From contig CM074511.1 in assembly GCA_037379345.1 (NCBI GenBank), positions 8,308,001 through 8,372,000 of the forward strand: DNA of 64,000 bases, given 5' to 3'. The notes below the pieces were generated by a model that searched no databases, was not told the origin of the DNA, and worked only from the letters and a program-made list of their open reading frames with translations. Below are positions 61,620-64,000 of the stretch, in pieces. This DNA comes from Perna viridis (Eukaryota). How positions within the stretch are numbered: position 1 is the stretch's first letter; each line of letters begins with the position of its first letter. A program made the position numbers and the translations under genes.

Positions 61620-64000
61620 TTTGATTTTGAGATTTTTTTTAAAACAATAAAGCTTCACTTGTAACTAATTTATCTCAGATCACAAACTATAACAGACACC
61701 TGAAATGAAAAATCAAATCCATTGTAACATCAATAAATATATAAGGAAATAAATGCTAAACTGCTATGAAAGTTAGTAAATGAAACAGTGACAGTGTTTA
61801 TCTTCCTTTTCCACATGTTAGCTATGACATAAAAGACATTTTTGTCATGTCTGTCAAATATATTATTACAGTAAACATTCAACTTTGACATCATTCTATA
61901 CTTTATTCACAAGTCTACCTGAAGTTGTGTTACATCTTCTTACATGTACAATGTACTTTAATACCATGAATATATCATTCTTTTGAAAAAAATCACATCT
62001 TGAAAGAAGCTAGGATTCATTGGTGTAAAAAATACCAAAGTCCAATTGTTGTAAATGCAGTTAACTTTTTTTTTTTAATCAGTATACATTTTGTAACTAT
62101 AATTTTTATTTTGGTATTTACACAATTTCAATGAGTCCATGATATGGAAATAAAAATATTTTATAATATTCTATTTTAAACCTAACAAAATGTGAAAGAT
62201 GGACTCCAGAAATAAAACAATGTATACAAAAAAAAAACAATAAAGAAAAAACACACAAACATCACAAATCAAATATGATACAGCAACTGCACAACTGTAC
62301 ATAAAAGTTCATCATAATAAAGTACATTAAAATTTAGAGCTTCATACATCTTAAAAGTACATTACAACTAAGAGTTAACTACTTGTAAAAAGTACATTAC
62401 AATGAAGAGTTACATAAATGTATGAAGTACATTTCAATTAAGTAAAGTCTTTACAATTTAGAGCTACAATTGTACAATCATGTGTAACAAATACTGGCCA
62501 CAAGCAAGTACACATTGTGTTTTGTAGTTAACACCAATATATAGCAGTAAACAATTATGAGATATGATATATTTAATCTCAAATGTCATTCATATTTTAT
62601 ATCATCCACCTATTTTCTCCTATAAATGGATTTGGTCACCATACAGTGTTACATAACTTATTGAACATAATACACCTTTCTGGTTATCTGATGTCACACA
62701 CAGTCCCTCAGGGGCCATGAAAATGTAGCAATGTTAACAATCTAGTGACAAGAACATATCTTTATGGCTACTTTGTTTACAAATTTGACAAGTCAAGGAT
62801 GTTTAAATTCTTTAATTAATTCATGGCTGTGGCTAGAAATCAGATTGTTTTTACTACATTGAAGTCATATTTAGTACTAGCTATTGTGTTAAGAAAAATA
62901 AATTGACTTCAATTTCCACATAAACATACATGTATGGCTTACTGTACATAATGTTTTCTTCCAATAAAGGAAATATAATGTTATAAATCCTACTGATGTG
63001 GCTAAGACTGGCAGAAATCTGAAATGCTTACTGTCATTACATGTACAAGTAAAATGCATGTTGGAAGAGGATTAACAAAATCAATCTTTATTTCATATTA
63101 ACCATTTGGTAATTATAAAATTACATGTACTTACCATATGAAATATATAATTGACTTGTTCAAGAATTTTCACAAGAAATTGATGTATTGAAACACCTTT
63201 GATGCATAATAAATTGAAACTCTTCTACATCGTTTTTTGTAGTTCTAAGGCTATTAGATTCCTTTTCACTTGACTTTATGGTAATTTCTATACCTTAAGG
63301 AAACAAGAAGTACATGTACATCCCTGTAAAGAATGAACAACTCTGCAAAGTAATGAAAGTAAAATGAGAAATAATCAGACAAATTAAATTAGCAGGAAAT
63401 CACTAGGCAAATACCCCTAAAAGCCTGAGATACATGCCTTACTTGTGTTTGATCCTTAAAGTCACATATAGTGAATCAGAAACAGATTAACACATGCAGC
63501 ACACACAAAAAATAATTTGAATATCAACATAGAAAATCATAAAGGAGTATGTTCAGAAAATGTCAAAATCAGCCCAAAAAACTAACGCATTTCAAATAAA
63601 TTTGATAATTGCATACATACAAGCTGTCAATGCCTGTCTTGCACTAAAATTGTAGATGGAAATAAAGCAAAATTAGAAAATTCTGCCAAACGTGTTAAAA
63701 ATAGCTTATTTAATGGGTCATTTTTATTTAGAATATATAGAGCGCATTTGTCAAACTCTTTGATATTTATACAAAAATAGCCTTCTGTACCATCACAACT
63801 TCAGACAAAATATTTTGTTGTTCATAACTTGCGCTCTATATTTTTGGATTAAAAAACTCCCTAAAATCTTCTCATTTTTGTGAAAATTCTTTGAAAACTG
63901 TGTAGAAGTTGCATTTTGTGCCCTCCTTGTGAATAAATCATGACACAATAGCATGTATTTTCTGTATTTTAGTATTCAGATAAAATTTTAGCTTTAAAAT

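Overview
This is AT-rich eukaryotic genomic DNA. Its repeat landscape (Neptune- and Naiad-type Penelope-like elements, Helentron-type tandem arrays, many MITEs) suggests a bivalve mollusc, probably an oyster; this is an inference. The right third holds a spliced Disabled (DAB1/DAB2-like) PTB adaptor gene on the minus strand. I reconstructed ten coding exons (48825-61619, about 885 aa). The left two thirds are mostly decayed LINEs (L2/CR1/RTE), Penelope-like elements, nested MITEs and minisatellites, with two apparently intact non-TE coding units. The first is a small spliced gene at about 38088-38539 (-) for a stand-alone GIY-YIG nuclease with a C-terminal AT-hook; the ORF track truncates it and misses the GIY-YIG motif. 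The second is an intronless 437-aa orphan ORF (22647-23960, -) with a TATA box, a polyA signal, six SUMO consensus sites and a terminal SIM. Other notable structure includes an 8-fold tandem amplification of a DAB splice donor, junction-built YxVP phospho-motifs, a degenerate hammerhead ribozyme, CAG..CTG MITEs with 5-bp TSDs, a three-level nested insertion and a foldback-like satellite pair.
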